Shown: positions 10,881 to 20,445 of the stretch, in pieces | Position numbering within the stretch: the first letter of the stretch is position 1 | Layout of the letters: every line of letters begins with the position of its first letter | NCBI GenBank assembly: GCA_039586365.1 | Contig: JBDHKN010000001.1 | Coordinates: forward strand, 128,001 to 192,000 | Direction: 5' to 3' | DNA from: Gemmatimonadota bacterium | Lineage (GTDB): Bacteria > Gemmatimonadota > Gemmatimonadetes > Gemmatimonadales > GWC2-71-9 | DNA: 64,000 bases | Notes under the pieces: model-generated | Database searches by the model: none | The model's input: the letters and a program-made list of their open reading frames with translations, nothing else | What the model was told of the DNA's origin: nothing | Position numbers and translations under genes: made by a program

Positions 10881-11471
10881 GTGGCCAGCTACAAGATTTT
10901 GTTCATCGACGACGACTCCGGCATCTTGCGGTCGCTTGGCAGCCACCTCGAAAGACTGGGCCATGCCGTCTTCCGTGCGGTAACAGGCGAGTAGGGACTT
11001 GCCATCCACGAGAAGGTGCGGCCGGACGTAGCGGTGCTGGATCTTGTCATGCCTACTATGTCCGGCATGGAAGTGTTGGAGATCCTGGGCCGCCGGCAAG
11101 CGACGGTAATCGTGCTCACGGGACAGGGTGAGATCGAGACCGCGGTTGAGGCCATTAGGTTGGGTGCGGAGAATTTCCTGGTCAAGCCGGTCGATCTCGG
11201 CCAACTGAGTGCGGCAATCGAAAAGGCGAGCGAGAAGAGCTTGCTGCGCCGCGACAATGTGGCTCTCAAGCGCCAGCTCAATCCGTCAGCGAAGCGATGT
11301 CTCACCAGGTTGGCGCTTCTGCCGCTTCTCGTGCTGGTGTCGGCGGGAGTTGGCAGGGTATTCGGAGATAGCGGGGGGACGGATCGGCTGCGGAACCCCA
11401 TTCCAGTACCGTTGGATTCTGCCGACACGCTCAGAAATCGGCAGCGGGATCAATCGCCGGATTCACGCTAG
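10881..11471 (+). pseudogene. Response regulator receiver domain with C-terminal TM helix, interrupted by an in-frame TAG at 10992-10994
   Basis: VASYKILFIDDDSGILRSLG...TGE*GLAIHEKVRPDVAVLDLVMP...LTGQG...FLVKP; AGGAGG RBS before GTG 10881. Confidence 0.8.
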
Positions 11472-11621
11472 TCATGTAACACAACAGAGCAACACCTAGT
11501 CAGGCACACTGAGGTCAACGCCATCTGCGCTTTGGTACATCACGTTACTATCGGCCGGAAGCTGGGTCGCAGCACTACCGCCAGACCTCTCCAAACGCAT
11601 GCCGCACGGCTATCTTCTCCT

Positions 11622-13430
11622 GTGACCATGATCCGGGTGGCACTTGCACAGATCCATCCTGCTAAGGCTGACTACGCCGAGAATCTGCGGCGTGTCGGTG
11701 GCGTGCTTTCCACCGTGAGATCATGGGAACCCAGCCCGGACCTGGTCGTGTTTCCGGAGAGTGTAATGTCGGGCTACTTTCTCGAGGGCGGGGTGCGCGA
11801 AGCGGCGGTCCCGGCTGGGGCGCTGTTCAAAGACCTCCAGGCGCAACACTCCGCCTCCCATGCACCACCACTCGACGTCGTGGTTGGGTTCTACGAGGAG
11901 TTTCGCAGCCGTTATTACAATTCCGCGCTGTACGCTACGCTGGGTGGCCCTGGCTCTCAGATCCGGCATATTCACCGCAAGGTCTTCTTGCCAACGTACG
12001 GGGTCTTCGACGAAGGGCGCTTCGTTCGGTCTGGTGACTCGATCAGAGCTTTCGATACTGCATGGGGTCGGGCAGCGATTCTCATATGTGAAGACTCGTG
12101 GCACTCACTTACGAGTACCCTTGCCGCATTAGATGGCGCGCAGGTGTTGATAGTGCCGAGTGCTGCGCCGGCCAGAGGAATCGAACCGGAGGCGGGAAGG
12201 GATCGCGAGCTGCCGTCACGCCCCACCAGCGTGTCCCGCTGGGAGCGATTGATACAGCGTTTGGCGGAGGAGCATGGCGTCTACGTGATCTTGACTCAGC
12301 TAGTTGGATTCGAGGGTGGCAAGGGATTCCAGGGTGGGTCATTGGTTGTGGGGCCAGATGGGAATACAGTGGTCGCTGGGCCTGTCTTCGAGGAGGCTCT
12401 CATCCAGGCCGAACTAGATCCGGAGGCGATCACCAGGGCCCGGGTGGAACAACCTCATCTCGCCGACTTAGAGGTGCAGCTCCTGAACCTCCTCCGGTTG
12501 CATGATGGCACCGCCGCGACCACAGCTCAATACGATGACGGGAAAACCGACAGCCGTTCTGTGGAAAGGGTGGCAGCCGCCGAGATACCGATAGTCGTTC
12601 GCGATGAGCGCGATGACCCCATGGCTATGGACTGCGAGCTGACAGCTCAGTGGCTCACGGCCTTTCTCAAGGATGAGGTTGTCCGCCGGCGGGGATTCAG
12701 TCGGGGCCTCGTTGGGATGTCGGGTGGCGTCGATAGTTCACTCACAACGCTCCTTGCATCACGCGCTCTTGGGTCGGAGCAGGTGATCGGGGTGAGGATG
12801 CCATACCGTAGTTCCAGTGCCGAGAGCCTGGATCATGCCGAGTTGCTGGCAAAACAACTCGGTATTCGCATGGTAACCGTGGACATCTCCGCTGCGGTAG
12901 ACGGTTACCTCAAAGCTGTAGGTGACGACACTACTCCAGCGCGCCGCGGCAACGTGATGGCACGCCTCCGCATGGTAACCTTGTTTGATCTATCAGCGAA
13001 ATACCAAGCACTGCCAATCGGTACCGGCAACAAGACAGAGCGACTGTTGGGTTACTTCACTTGGCACGCAGACGACTCTCCACCGGTCAACCCCCTGGGT
13101 GACTTGTTCAAGACACAGGTTTGGGAACTTGCACGGCACGTGGGCGTGCCGAAGGAGATTCTGTCCAAACCGGCCACGGCAGACCTAGTAGCTGGCCAGA
13201 CTGACGAAGGGGACCTAGGGATATCGTACGCAAGGGCTGACCTGATCCTCTACTGGCTACTCAAAGGACTGCGTCGAGAGCAAATTGCAGCTCTGGGGTG
13301 CGCTTCCGAGGAAATCGATCTGGTTAGTAGCCTATTGCGAGGCACCCACTGGAAACGCCGGCTACCGACAGTCGCAATGGTGAGCGGGACCGCGATCGGG
13401 CAGTCGTATTTGAGACCAGTGGATTACTGA
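11622..13430 (+). CDS. nadE: Glutamine-dependent NAD+ synthetase (nitrilase-type glutaminase plus synthetase domain)
   Basis: FPES, HRKVFLPTYGVFDE, ICED, GMSGGVDS, GTGNKTE, GDLFKT, GQTDE. Confidence 0.93.
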   Translation: MTMIRVALAQIHPAKADYAENLRRVGGVLSTVRSWEPSPDLVVFPESVMSGYFLEGGVREAAVPAGALFKDLQAQHSASHAPPLDVVVGFYEEFRSRYYNSALYATLGGPGSQIRHIHRKVFLPTYGVFDEGRFVRSGDSIRAFDTAWGRAAILICEDSWHSLTSTLAALDGAQVLIVPSAAPARGIEPEAGRDRELPSRPTSVSRWERLIQRLAEEHGVYVILTQLVGFEGGKGFQGGSLVVGPDGNTVVAGPVFEEALIQAELDPEAITRARVEQPHLADLEVQLLNLLRLHDGTAATTAQYDDGKTDSRSVERVAAAEIPIVVRDERDDPMAMDCELTAQWLTAFLKDEVVRRRGFSRGLVGMSGGVDSSLTTLLASRALGSEQVIGVRMPYRSSSAESLDHAELLAKQLGIRMVTVDISAAVDGYLKAVGDDTTPARRGNVMARLRMVTLFDLSAKYQALPIGTGNKTERLLGYFTWHADDSPPVNPLGDLFKTQVWELARHVGVPKEILSKPATADLVAGQTDEGDLGISYARADLILYWLLKGLRREQIAALGCASEEIDLVSSLLRGTHWKRRLPTVAMVSGTAIGQSYLRPVDY

Positions 13431-13527
13431 TTCCTTGTGTGCAATCACCTTTTCAATCTGCGCTCACCCCTGTCATCTCGGGTGGTGTGGCAAACCCTGA
13501 GAGTTCTAAGGAAGTAGGGGAAGTCGA

Positions 13528-14022
13528 ATGCCCGAAAGCGGTCTAACCCCGCGGGCCGCTCGTGAGTCACGCGCCACTATGACTGAACTTATGATGCCAA
13601 ACATGGCCAACACATTGGGCAACGTGTTCGGTGGCGTAGTGCTATCGCTCATAGACCGCGTAGCCGCGGTAGCAGCAATCCGCCACGCGCGCGGGCCCTG
13701 TGTGACGGTGTCAGTTGATCGAGTCGATTTCCGGTTGCCAATTCATGTTGGGGAACTCGTGACGGCGCAGGCAAGCGTGAACTTCGTTGGGCGTACATCA
13801 ATGGAAGTTGGTGTTCGGGTTGAGGCAGAGAACATAGTCACCGGGGAACGGCGTCACACGAATAGTTGCTACCTCACCTTTGTGGCTATCGATGAGGAGG
13901 GTAATCCTACACCGGTACCCCCCATCGTTGTCGAGACTGCTGAAGAACGCCGATGGCACGAAGGTGCCAAGCTTAGGCGTCGTGGGCGAGAAGAGGCGCG
14001 AGGGGTAGGTTGGCAGCTTTGA
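13528..14022 (+). CDS. Acyl-CoA thioesterase (hotdog fold)
   Basis: ANTLGNVFGG, VTVSVDRVDF, GRTSMEVGV, TFVAID. Confidence 0.92.
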   Translation: MPESGLTPRAARESRATMTELMMPNMANTLGNVFGGVVLSLIDRVAAVAAIRHARGPCVTVSVDRVDFRLPIHVGELVTAQASVNFVGRTSMEVGVRVEAENIVTGERRHTNSCYLTFVAIDEEGNPTPVPPIVVETAEERRWHEGAKLRRRGREEARGVGWQL

Positions 14023-14885
14023 TACACTCACGGGTGGTGTGTGTTTTGAGCGGAGGTGGCGCTAAGGCCACGGCCCATCTGGGCTCGATCGAGGCGTTGG
14101 CCGAGCGGGGCATTCATCCGGCGCACTACGTCGGCACTTCCATGGGTGCCGTGATGGCGGCATGTTTTGCGAGTGGTCTGACATACCGGGAGGTCCTCAA
14201 ACGGGTCGCTGGCATATCGCGCCGGGACGTGGCGGTGTTCTCACCTAGCGCAATTCTGGGTCCGTTAGCTGCACACCTGTTCAAGTCGGAACCACTGAAG
14301 AAGACGATAGGCCGCATCGTCCCGGTTGAGACTTTTGACGAGCTAGAGGTGCCGCTTTCGGTTACGAGCGTGGACGCTGATACTGGAGAGTTGGTGATCT
14401 TCGGCGCCGGAGGCCGCCAGGATGTGGCCCTCGCTGACGCGCTGTACGCGTCCTGTGCACTGCCTCTGTACTACCCGCCAGCCCGTATTGGCGGGCAGAC
14501 TCTCGTGGATGGTGGCATGCGTGCTGTTCTGCCGCTTGAGGTTGGCGAGAGGTTCGATCCCGACATTCTCTTCGCGGTGGAAGTCGGGCCGTCTCTCTAT
14601 GCCGAACCATCGGACAAGCAGTTCCCGGTCCCGGCCATGCTGCGAGCCTATGGGCGGGCCATTCGGATTCTCATGGCCACTCAAATAGAGGAGGCCATTG
14701 CCCGGTGTAGACGCAAGCGTATTCCGCTGGTGCTGGTCCGGCCACTGAGGGAACAGGACGCGACATTTGCCGTCGACGCAATCGTGCGCTTTGTGGAGGA
14801 AGGGTATCGGGCAACTCACCGCGCTCTCGACGAGTGGTTCAGCGAGGGCCACGAATCACAGGCCCCAGAAATCCCGCAGGAATGA
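14010..14885 (+). CDS. Patatin-like phospholipase
   Basis: LSGGGAK, GTSMG, DGG motifs. Confidence 0.9.
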   Translation: MAALIHSRVVCVLSGGGAKATAHLGSIEALAERGIHPAHYVGTSMGAVMAACFASGLTYREVLKRVAGISRRDVAVFSPSAILGPLAAHLFKSEPLKKTIGRIVPVETFDELEVPLSVTSVDADTGELVIFGAGGRQDVALADALYASCALPLYYPPARIGGQTLVDGGMRAVLPLEVGERFDPDILFAVEVGPSLYAEPSDKQFPVPAMLRAYGRAIRILMATQIEEAIARCRRKRIPLVLVRPLREQDATFAVDAIVRFVEEGYRATHRALDEWFSEGHESQAPEIPQE

Positions 14886-15197
14886 GATTATACCCGAGCC
14901 TGGCTGGTCCACGATTTTGTGACAATCATCTCCCTCCAGACAGCTACCAGGACACATCATGGAGGTAGGGCGAACATCATGGCGATGGTTGCTCATCCTG
15001 CGGTTTGCTCCGATCGTCGTAGGTGCCAGGCGTGGTTAGTATTCTGTGTTGACCGCGTTGTTCATTTTGACCGACCAACGCATCCAGTTTGCCGCGCAGG
15101 CCAATGCAGCGGCATCGGCGGCTGCGCAGCTTGCGTCTCGATCCGAACGCACGGGGTGGGGCTGCTGGTTGAAGGAGATCGGAAGATGGGAGCTTAG

Positions 15198-15632
15198 ATG
15201 GCGGACGAGCGGATGATCCAGCACTTCACACTTGAGGAGGCGAATCGAACGCTGCCGTATGTAGGACCTATCGTCCAAGACATCGTTCGGGCCCACCAGA
15301 AGTGGCGCAAAGGCATGCGGGAACTTGAGTTGCTAACTGCCCGATGCGGCGGAGGCGCCGGTGAGTTGATGCAGCAACAGTCACTACGAGTCGAGGTCGA
15401 TGGGGTAGCGCAGCGGATACAACGGTATCTCGATGAACTGTCGGCCGTGGGATGTGTCTTCAAGGGCTTCGACGACGGGCTGGTCGACTTCCTCTCAAAG
15501 CTGGAAGGGCGTGACGTTTACCTGTGCTGGAAGTTGGGAGAGGCCCAGGTCGGGTACTGGCACGAACTGGACGCGGGGTTCGCCGGCCGAAAAGAGCTGG
15601 TCCCCGAGCTAGTAGAGGGGAAAGCCGAATGA
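15198..15632 (+). CDS. DUF2203 family protein
   Basis: FTLEEANRTLP, GLVDF, YLCWKLGE, YWHELDAGFAGRK. Confidence 0.85.
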   Translation: MADERMIQHFTLEEANRTLPYVGPIVQDIVRAHQKWRKGMRELELLTARCGGGAGELMQQQSLRVEVDGVAQRIQRYLDELSAVGCVFKGFDDGLVDFLSKLEGRDVYLCWKLGEAQVGYWHELDAGFAGRKELVPELVEGKAE

Positions 15633-16093
15633 TACTCATAGTGCGGTTCGTTCATTTCATGGGGTCGGCCCTCTGGATTGGTGGGGCTGTGACGGCGCTG
15701 GTCCTAGCATTCGGTGCCAGAAGGGAGTCAGTGGAAGTGCGCGTAGGCCTATTCAGGCTGCTCACGCAGGTTCAGACTCTGGTGATAGGACTTGGTGCTC
15801 TTCTTACAGTCGGGACGGGTATTGTCTGGAGTATGTGGCTCGTGCAAGACGGTGGTGAATCCGGCACACACTCAATTGGCTTGTGGCTCATGCAGGGCCT
15901 AGGACTGTTGGGTGCGGTGTTAGTTCTGTTTGTGGCCGTGCCAACGGCGGTGAAGGTGGGAGGCCTTGCGGTAGCGACTGACGACGGTCAAGTGCTTCCG
16001 GCCTTCGATTATCTGCGGCGCCGTCAGGTCTTGGTGTCCTCGGTGGCAACCGTCCTTGCGATTCTGTCGCTGTTCACAGGAGTAGTACTCTAA
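15629..16093 (+). CDS. Four-TM membrane protein (DUF2269/CopD-like)
   Basis: ATG overlaps the upstream stop; RFVHFMGSALWIGG; four hydrophobic segments. Confidence 0.7.
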   Translation: MILIVRFVHFMGSALWIGGAVTALVLAFGARRESVEVRVGLFRLLTQVQTLVIGLGALLTVGTGIVWSMWLVQDGGESGTHSIGLWLMQGLGLLGAVLVLFVAVPTAVKVGGLAVATDDGQVLPAFDYLRRRQVLVSSVATVLAILSLFTGVVL

Positions 16094-16295
16094 CCCTGCC
16101 AGGCAACGCCCATTTCTGCTTGCCATGGTTCGTTCGCCATCGCCTGGTTCTTGATGATTTCTTGAGCCACCGGAGTTATGTAATTTGGGGGGGACTGGAC
16201 TCCGGGCCCTCCGTCCACCAACATTCGGACGTTTTCTGCAACCCTGCGGCGGTGGTCCTTTCATTAATGTGGTTGACGATTGTGACAGTTTGGGC

Positions 16296-17120
16296 ATGAC
16301 TAGCTGGCGTCTGACTACTTCATATGCTGTTGAGCGGAGTGGTGCGCTCCTCGACCTGAGACGGGTCGTCGGTCGTTTCACTTTGCGGATGGCCAGCCAC
16401 GTGGGTCGCGTCACATATCTAATGTGGGAGTTCGCTCGCGGATTGACTGAGTGGCGCGTGTGGGTATCCCGAGCGGCAGAGCAAGGCGTACACGTGGGAT
16501 ACGGGTCGTTGTTCATCATAATCCTCACGGCGGGGTTTGCCGGTGGGGTCACCGCTCTGCAGGCCGGCTACCAGTTCACGGGTGGGATCCCAGTCTATTT
16601 CGCTGCAGGTGTAATTGTCGAGTCGATAATCCTCGAATTGGGTCCAGTGCTAACCGCGCTCATCCTCGCTGGCCGAATCGGTGCCCGGTATGCCGCAGAG
16701 CTCGGAACGATGAGGGTGACCGAGCAGATCGATGCTCTGGAGAGTCTGGGCAGGTCGTCGATCTCTCACCTAGTGATCCCGCGGGTCGTCGCTGGTACAA
16801 TCATGCTGCCGGTGTTGGTGGTATTTGCCGATGCAGTGGGTATCGGGGTGGGATGGATCGCTGCGAAAGGGTCGCTTGGAATCAGCAACGCTGACTTCAT
16901 CTACGGAGCTCGATACTTCTTCAAGCCGTTTGATCTCTGGTACTCGATGATCAAGTCTTTTGCCTTCGGTCTGGCCATTACCATCATCCCGTGCTACGTA
17001 GGCTTCAGTACGAAACAGGGCGCTGAGGGGGTCGGTCGATCCACAACCGCCGCCGTCGTGAGTGCTTCGGTGCTCGTGCTCTTCCTAGATGTGGCTCTGG
17101 CGAAGATACTGCTACAATGA
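16296..17120 (+). CDS. mlaE: MlaE family lipid ABC transporter permease
   Basis: ELGPVLTALILAGRIG, AELGTMRVTEQIDALE, GAEGVGRSTT; start uncertain. Confidence 0.93.
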   Translation: MTSWRLTTSYAVERSGALLDLRRVVGRFTLRMASHVGRVTYLMWEFARGLTEWRVWVSRAAEQGVHVGYGSLFIIILTAGFAGGVTALQAGYQFTGGIPVYFAAGVIVESIILELGPVLTALILAGRIGARYAAELGTMRVTEQIDALESLGRSSISHLVIPRVVAGTIMLPVLVVFADAVGIGVGWIAAKGSLGISNADFIYGARYFFKPFDLWYSMIKSFAFGLAITIIPCYVGFSTKQGAEGVGRSTTAAVVSASVLVLFLDVALAKILLQ

Positions 17121-17178
17121 GAGCTGCACAGCCTAGGAGGGCCTGCCGCGGTGCCGCGCCGCCCCACGTGGGCAAAAG

Positions 17179-17940
17179 GTGGCGGTCACCATGATCCAGC
17201 TCAAGAATGTCCACAAGCGTTTCGGCGACCTCATCGTGCTGGATGGGGTGGATTTCGAGGTGCGGCGGGGCGAGACCGTGGCATTGCTGGGTCCATCGGG
17301 CACGGGAAAGAGCGTGCTGCTGAAGCACATGAATGGTCTCCTTCGTCCCGATAGTGGTACCGTGACCGTCGACGGCTTGGACGTGCCGAATCTAAAACGC
17401 AGGGACCTTGCGAAGCTGAGAAGCCGCATCGGTTATGTCTTCCAGTTCGGTGCCCTGTTTGATTCGATGACGGTGTTCGAGAACATAAGACTGGGGATAA
17501 CGGACGACGCTTGTGCAACAGACAGGGACTACTGTCGAATGAGGGTCCTCGAATGTCTCGACCTGGTGAATCTGCCTCGAGATACCGTTTCCAAGTTCCC
17601 AGATGAACTCTCTGGTGGAATGAAGAAGAGAGTTGGCCTGGCGCGGGCCATCGCGGGAAACCCGTCATACTTGTTGTATGACGAACCTACCACAGGGCTT
17701 GACCCGGTAAACGCAGACATCATCGACAAGCTCGTTGAGAAGTTGCAGGATGAATTGGGGGTCACCAGTGTCATGGTGACTCATGACGTGCGGGGATCGT
17801 TCGGTGTGGCAGACAGGGTGGCGCTGCTTTCGGGTGGCACGATACACGCCATGGGGACTCCGGAGGAGTTGCTCGCGAGTACTGATGGGGCGGTACGGGA
17901 GTTTCTTGAGCGCGATCTAGGTGGGGCCTTCGTGACCTGA
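17179..17940 (+). CDS. mlaF: MlaF family ABC transporter ATP-binding protein
   Basis: GPSGTGKS, FQFGALFDS, LSGGMKKRVGLARA, YDEPTTGLDP. Confidence 0.93.
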   Translation: MAVTMIQLKNVHKRFGDLIVLDGVDFEVRRGETVALLGPSGTGKSVLLKHMNGLLRPDSGTVTVDGLDVPNLKRRDLAKLRSRIGYVFQFGALFDSMTVFENIRLGITDDACATDRDYCRMRVLECLDLVNLPRDTVSKFPDELSGGMKKRVGLARAIAGNPSYLLYDEPTTGLDPVNADIIDKLVEKLQDELGVTSVMVTHDVRGSFGVADRVALLSGGTIHAMGTPEELLASTDGAVREFLERDLGGAFVT

Positions 17941-17953
17941 GAGGTCGGATTTC

Positions 17954-18841
17954 ATGGATCTATACTACAAGCAGGAAGTATCTGTTGGGCTCCTGGTCAT
18001 GGTAGCCGTGGCGGCGTTCTTCGCCGGGTTAATGTGGCTCACTGGTCGGTCGTTCGGGGCAAGCAATGTGGAAATGTCCGCGCAATTCCTTGATGTAGGG
18101 ACTCTGACGGTTGGGGACCCCGTCCGGATATCCGGAGTTCGGATCGGACGGGTAGCCGGCACGATGCTGGAGGATGCGGGGAGAGTGCTCGTGACGCTGG
18201 AAGTAATGGAGCGCTTCCGACCCAAGGTGGACGCTAAGGTCTCCATCAAGTCGCTCGATTTTCTGGGTGCGAAGTACATTGACTACAGTCCGGGTAGCTC
18301 CTCGACTTATCTGGAGGACGGCCAGACGATAGTGGGGACCACCACCGGCGATATTGCCGACGCCGCGGCGGGACTGACCGACGAAGCTGCCGACGTGCTC
18401 ATCGGTGCCCAGAGACTCCTGACGGAGCAAATGGCGGACGAAGTGCAGCAGACCCTAGCAGCGGCGCAGCGGGCGTTGAACGCCGTAGCCCAGGTGGGAG
18501 AAAGCCAACTAGCCGACAACGCCCAGGCTTCATTGCTTGCGCTCCAGCAGGTCGCGGTGAGGCTGGACTCTACGTTGGCCAATCCGGCGATAGACGAGTC
18601 TCTCAGCCAACTGGACGAACTGACTGAGAACGTGACCGAGATGGCCGAAGGGCTCGCCGGTGCCACCATGGCACTCAGTGCCATGCTCCAGCAGGTGAGC
18701 GATACATCCGGCACAATCGGCAAGTTGCTCACAGACCAGACCATTCACACCGACCTCCACGAACTGCTCGGCTCGCTGACCAAGCTGTTGGACGATGTTA
18801 GGGAGCGGCCGGGTCGATATACCTTCGTATCGGTATTCTAG
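17954..18841 (+). CDS. mlaD: MlaD/MCE family protein
   Basis: N-terminal TM, GDPVRISGVRIGRV MCE domain, helical tail; in operon with mlaEF. Confidence 0.9.
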   Translation: MDLYYKQEVSVGLLVMVAVAAFFAGLMWLTGRSFGASNVEMSAQFLDVGTLTVGDPVRISGVRIGRVAGTMLEDAGRVLVTLEVMERFRPKVDAKVSIKSLDFLGAKYIDYSPGSSSTYLEDGQTIVGTTTGDIADAAAGLTDEAADVLIGAQRLLTEQMADEVQQTLAAAQRALNAVAQVGESQLADNAQASLLALQQVAVRLDSTLANPAIDESLSQLDELTENVTEMAEGLAGATMALSAMLQQVSDTSGTIGKLLTDQTIHTDLHELLGSLTKLLDDVRERPGRYTFVSVF

Positions 18842-18922
18842 GGGTGAGTGGGTCGAAGGGGGGTAGCGGCACTCCACAGTCTGCCCTTTCGCCCTTGTAC
18901 GCTGCTGCCTTACTTTCGCCCC

Positions 18923-19843
18923 ATGCTCTCGCTGACGTTTCTCGGTACGTCTGCCGCTCGTCCCACAGTCGAGAGATCAGTCTCGTCTGTTGCAGTTTCG
19001 CGAGAAGGCGAGACCCTGCTGTTCGACTGCGGCGAGGGGACCCAGCGCCAGATGATGCGCTACGGCGTGGGCTTTGCTCTGTCCGAGATCTTCTTTACTC
19101 ACTTTCATGCTGATCACTATTTGGGCGTTGTCGGACTCATACGGACTCTGGCGCTGCAGGGACGTACCGAGTCCATGTGTCTCTACGGTCCCAAGGGGGC
19201 CAAACAGATACTTCGTGCGGCGGTCGACCTGGGACTGGAGCGCCCCACCTTCCCAATCGAGATCGAGGAACTGACCGTCGGCGAGCGACTGAAGCGGCCG
19301 GGATACGACCTTGAGGTCATCGGCGTGGAGCACGGCCGCAATGCCGTGGGTTACGCGTTGCGCGAGCATGAACGTCTAGGGAAGTTCGACCCGGACAAAG
19401 CGCGCAGGTTGGGCGTTCCAGAGGGTCCGACCTGGGGCCGGATCCATCGCGGTGAGGCCGTGGAACTCGAAGATGGGCGCGTTGTGAGCCCTAACGACCT
19501 GGTCGGACCTGCCCGTCCAGGGCGTTTGGTTGTCCTTAGCGGCGACACGAGGCCGTGCGGGGGGGTGGTTGAAGCCTCTCACGGAGCTGACCTGTTGGTA
19601 CACGACGCCACGTTTGGGGAGGATGAGAAGCAACGTGCTTGGGACACTGCTCACTCCACCGCTTTGGAGGCTGCGCAAGTAGCGCTGGCTGCCAGGGTGA
19701 AGCGACTGGTTCTGACCCATTTGTCAGCACGCTACTCGGTCAGTGCGCAGCAGCTACTGGATGAAGCACGGTCGGTGTTCGCTGAGACCGCGGTGGCCAA
19801 AGATGGTCTGGCACTCGAGGTGCCGTACTCGGGTGAGGAGTGA
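18923..19843 (+). CDS. rnz: Ribonuclease Z
   Basis: FLGTSAARPT, FDCGEGTQRQ, THFHADH, exosite GVPEGP, GDTRP, THLSARY. Confidence 0.95.
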   Translation: MLSLTFLGTSAARPTVERSVSSVAVSREGETLLFDCGEGTQRQMMRYGVGFALSEIFFTHFHADHYLGVVGLIRTLALQGRTESMCLYGPKGAKQILRAAVDLGLERPTFPIEIEELTVGERLKRPGYDLEVIGVEHGRNAVGYALREHERLGKFDPDKARRLGVPEGPTWGRIHRGEAVELEDGRVVSPNDLVGPARPGRLVVLSGDTRPCGGVVEASHGADLLVHDATFGEDEKQRAWDTAHSTALEAAQVALAARVKRLVLTHLSARYSVSAQQLLDEARSVFAETAVAKDGLALEVPYSGEE

Positions 19844-19897
19844 GGGCAGGCTGCCGTGTTGCTGCGTGGAAAGGGTTGTGTGCTGTTGAATTGTGCC

Positions 19898-19926
19898 TTG
19901 ACTGGACTTGACGATATTTCTACGTT
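19898..19926 (+). promoter_or_regulatory. Sigma70-type promoter of the tRNA pair
   Basis: TTGACT-17 nt-TACGTT upstream of tRNA-Ala. Confidence 0.6.
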
Positions 19927-19965
19927 GCCTACCCCGTCTGCAGTGACCGGGACGGGCTGACGTCT

Positions 19966-20038
19966 GGGGCTGTAGCTCAGCTGGGAGAGCGCCTGGATCG
20001 CACCCAGGAGGTCAGGGGTTCGAGCCCCCTCAGCTCCA
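19966..20038 (+). tRNA. tRNA-Ala(CGC)
   Basis: GGGGCTG/CAGCTCC acceptor stem with G3:U70, anticodon stem CCTGG/CCAGG, loop ATCGCAC, GTTCGAG T-loop; CCA not encoded. Confidence 0.95.
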
Positions 20039-20045
20039 TCATCGC

Positions 20046-20118
20046 TGCCCCGTGGTGTAACTGGCAACACGTCTGACTCTGGATCAGAAGAGTCCAGGTT
20101 CGAGCCCTGGCGGGGCAA
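20046..20118 (+). tRNA. tRNA-Gln(CTG)
   Basis: TGCCCCG/CGGGGCA acceptor stem, anticodon stem TCTGA/TCAGA, loop CTCTGGA, GTTCGAG T-loop; CCA not encoded. Confidence 0.95.
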
Positions 20119-20121
20119 TTG

Positions 20122-20155
20122 AGAGGGCGGCCCATTGAGGGCCGCGTTCTTTTTT
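20122..20155 (+). terminator. Rho-independent terminator after the tRNAs
   Basis: GCGGCCC-ATTGA-GGGCCGC stem followed by a T run. Confidence 0.8.
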
Positions 20156-20174
20156 GCCACCGCCGGTCTCGCCG

Positions 20175-20260
20175 TCGCGTCTCACTGTGTTCGACGCATT
20201 GGAGCCGAGCCGGTCGTGCCTTCGCGTCTCACTCCGTTCGACGCATTCTGGGCCGAGCCC
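20175..20260 (+). repeat. Imperfect tandem direct repeat, about 47-nt period, two copies
   Basis: TCGCGTCTCACT..GTTCGACGCATT..GCCGAGCC at 20175 and 20222. Confidence 0.8.
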
Positions 20261-20271
20261 TGGCGGGGCAA
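20254..20271 (+). repeat. 18-bp direct repeat of the tRNA-Gln 3' end (att-like)
   Basis: CGAGCCCTGGCGGGGCAA is identical to 20101-20118. Confidence 0.85.
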
Positions 20272-20445
20272 CTAAGGGCCGGTCAACCTGTTAGGTGGGC
20301 TCGCTTTGCCATTCTGAGGGGCTGCTGCCCCGACATCTGACCGAAGTTGATCCGGAAGACCGGAGCCGGTCGCCGCTGCTGTGGCCATGTGCGTCATCGA
20401 GCGCGAACGCTCTCAGCTGAGCAGCGGGCGCTGGCTGCCGCATCA

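Noticed and set aside
14886..15197. ORF 14919-15197 and alternative frames
   Set aside because: No recognisable motif or protein-like composition; treated as intergenic.
20175..20271. CRISPR array
   Set aside because: Only two imperfect units, no spacers of regular length and no cas genes.
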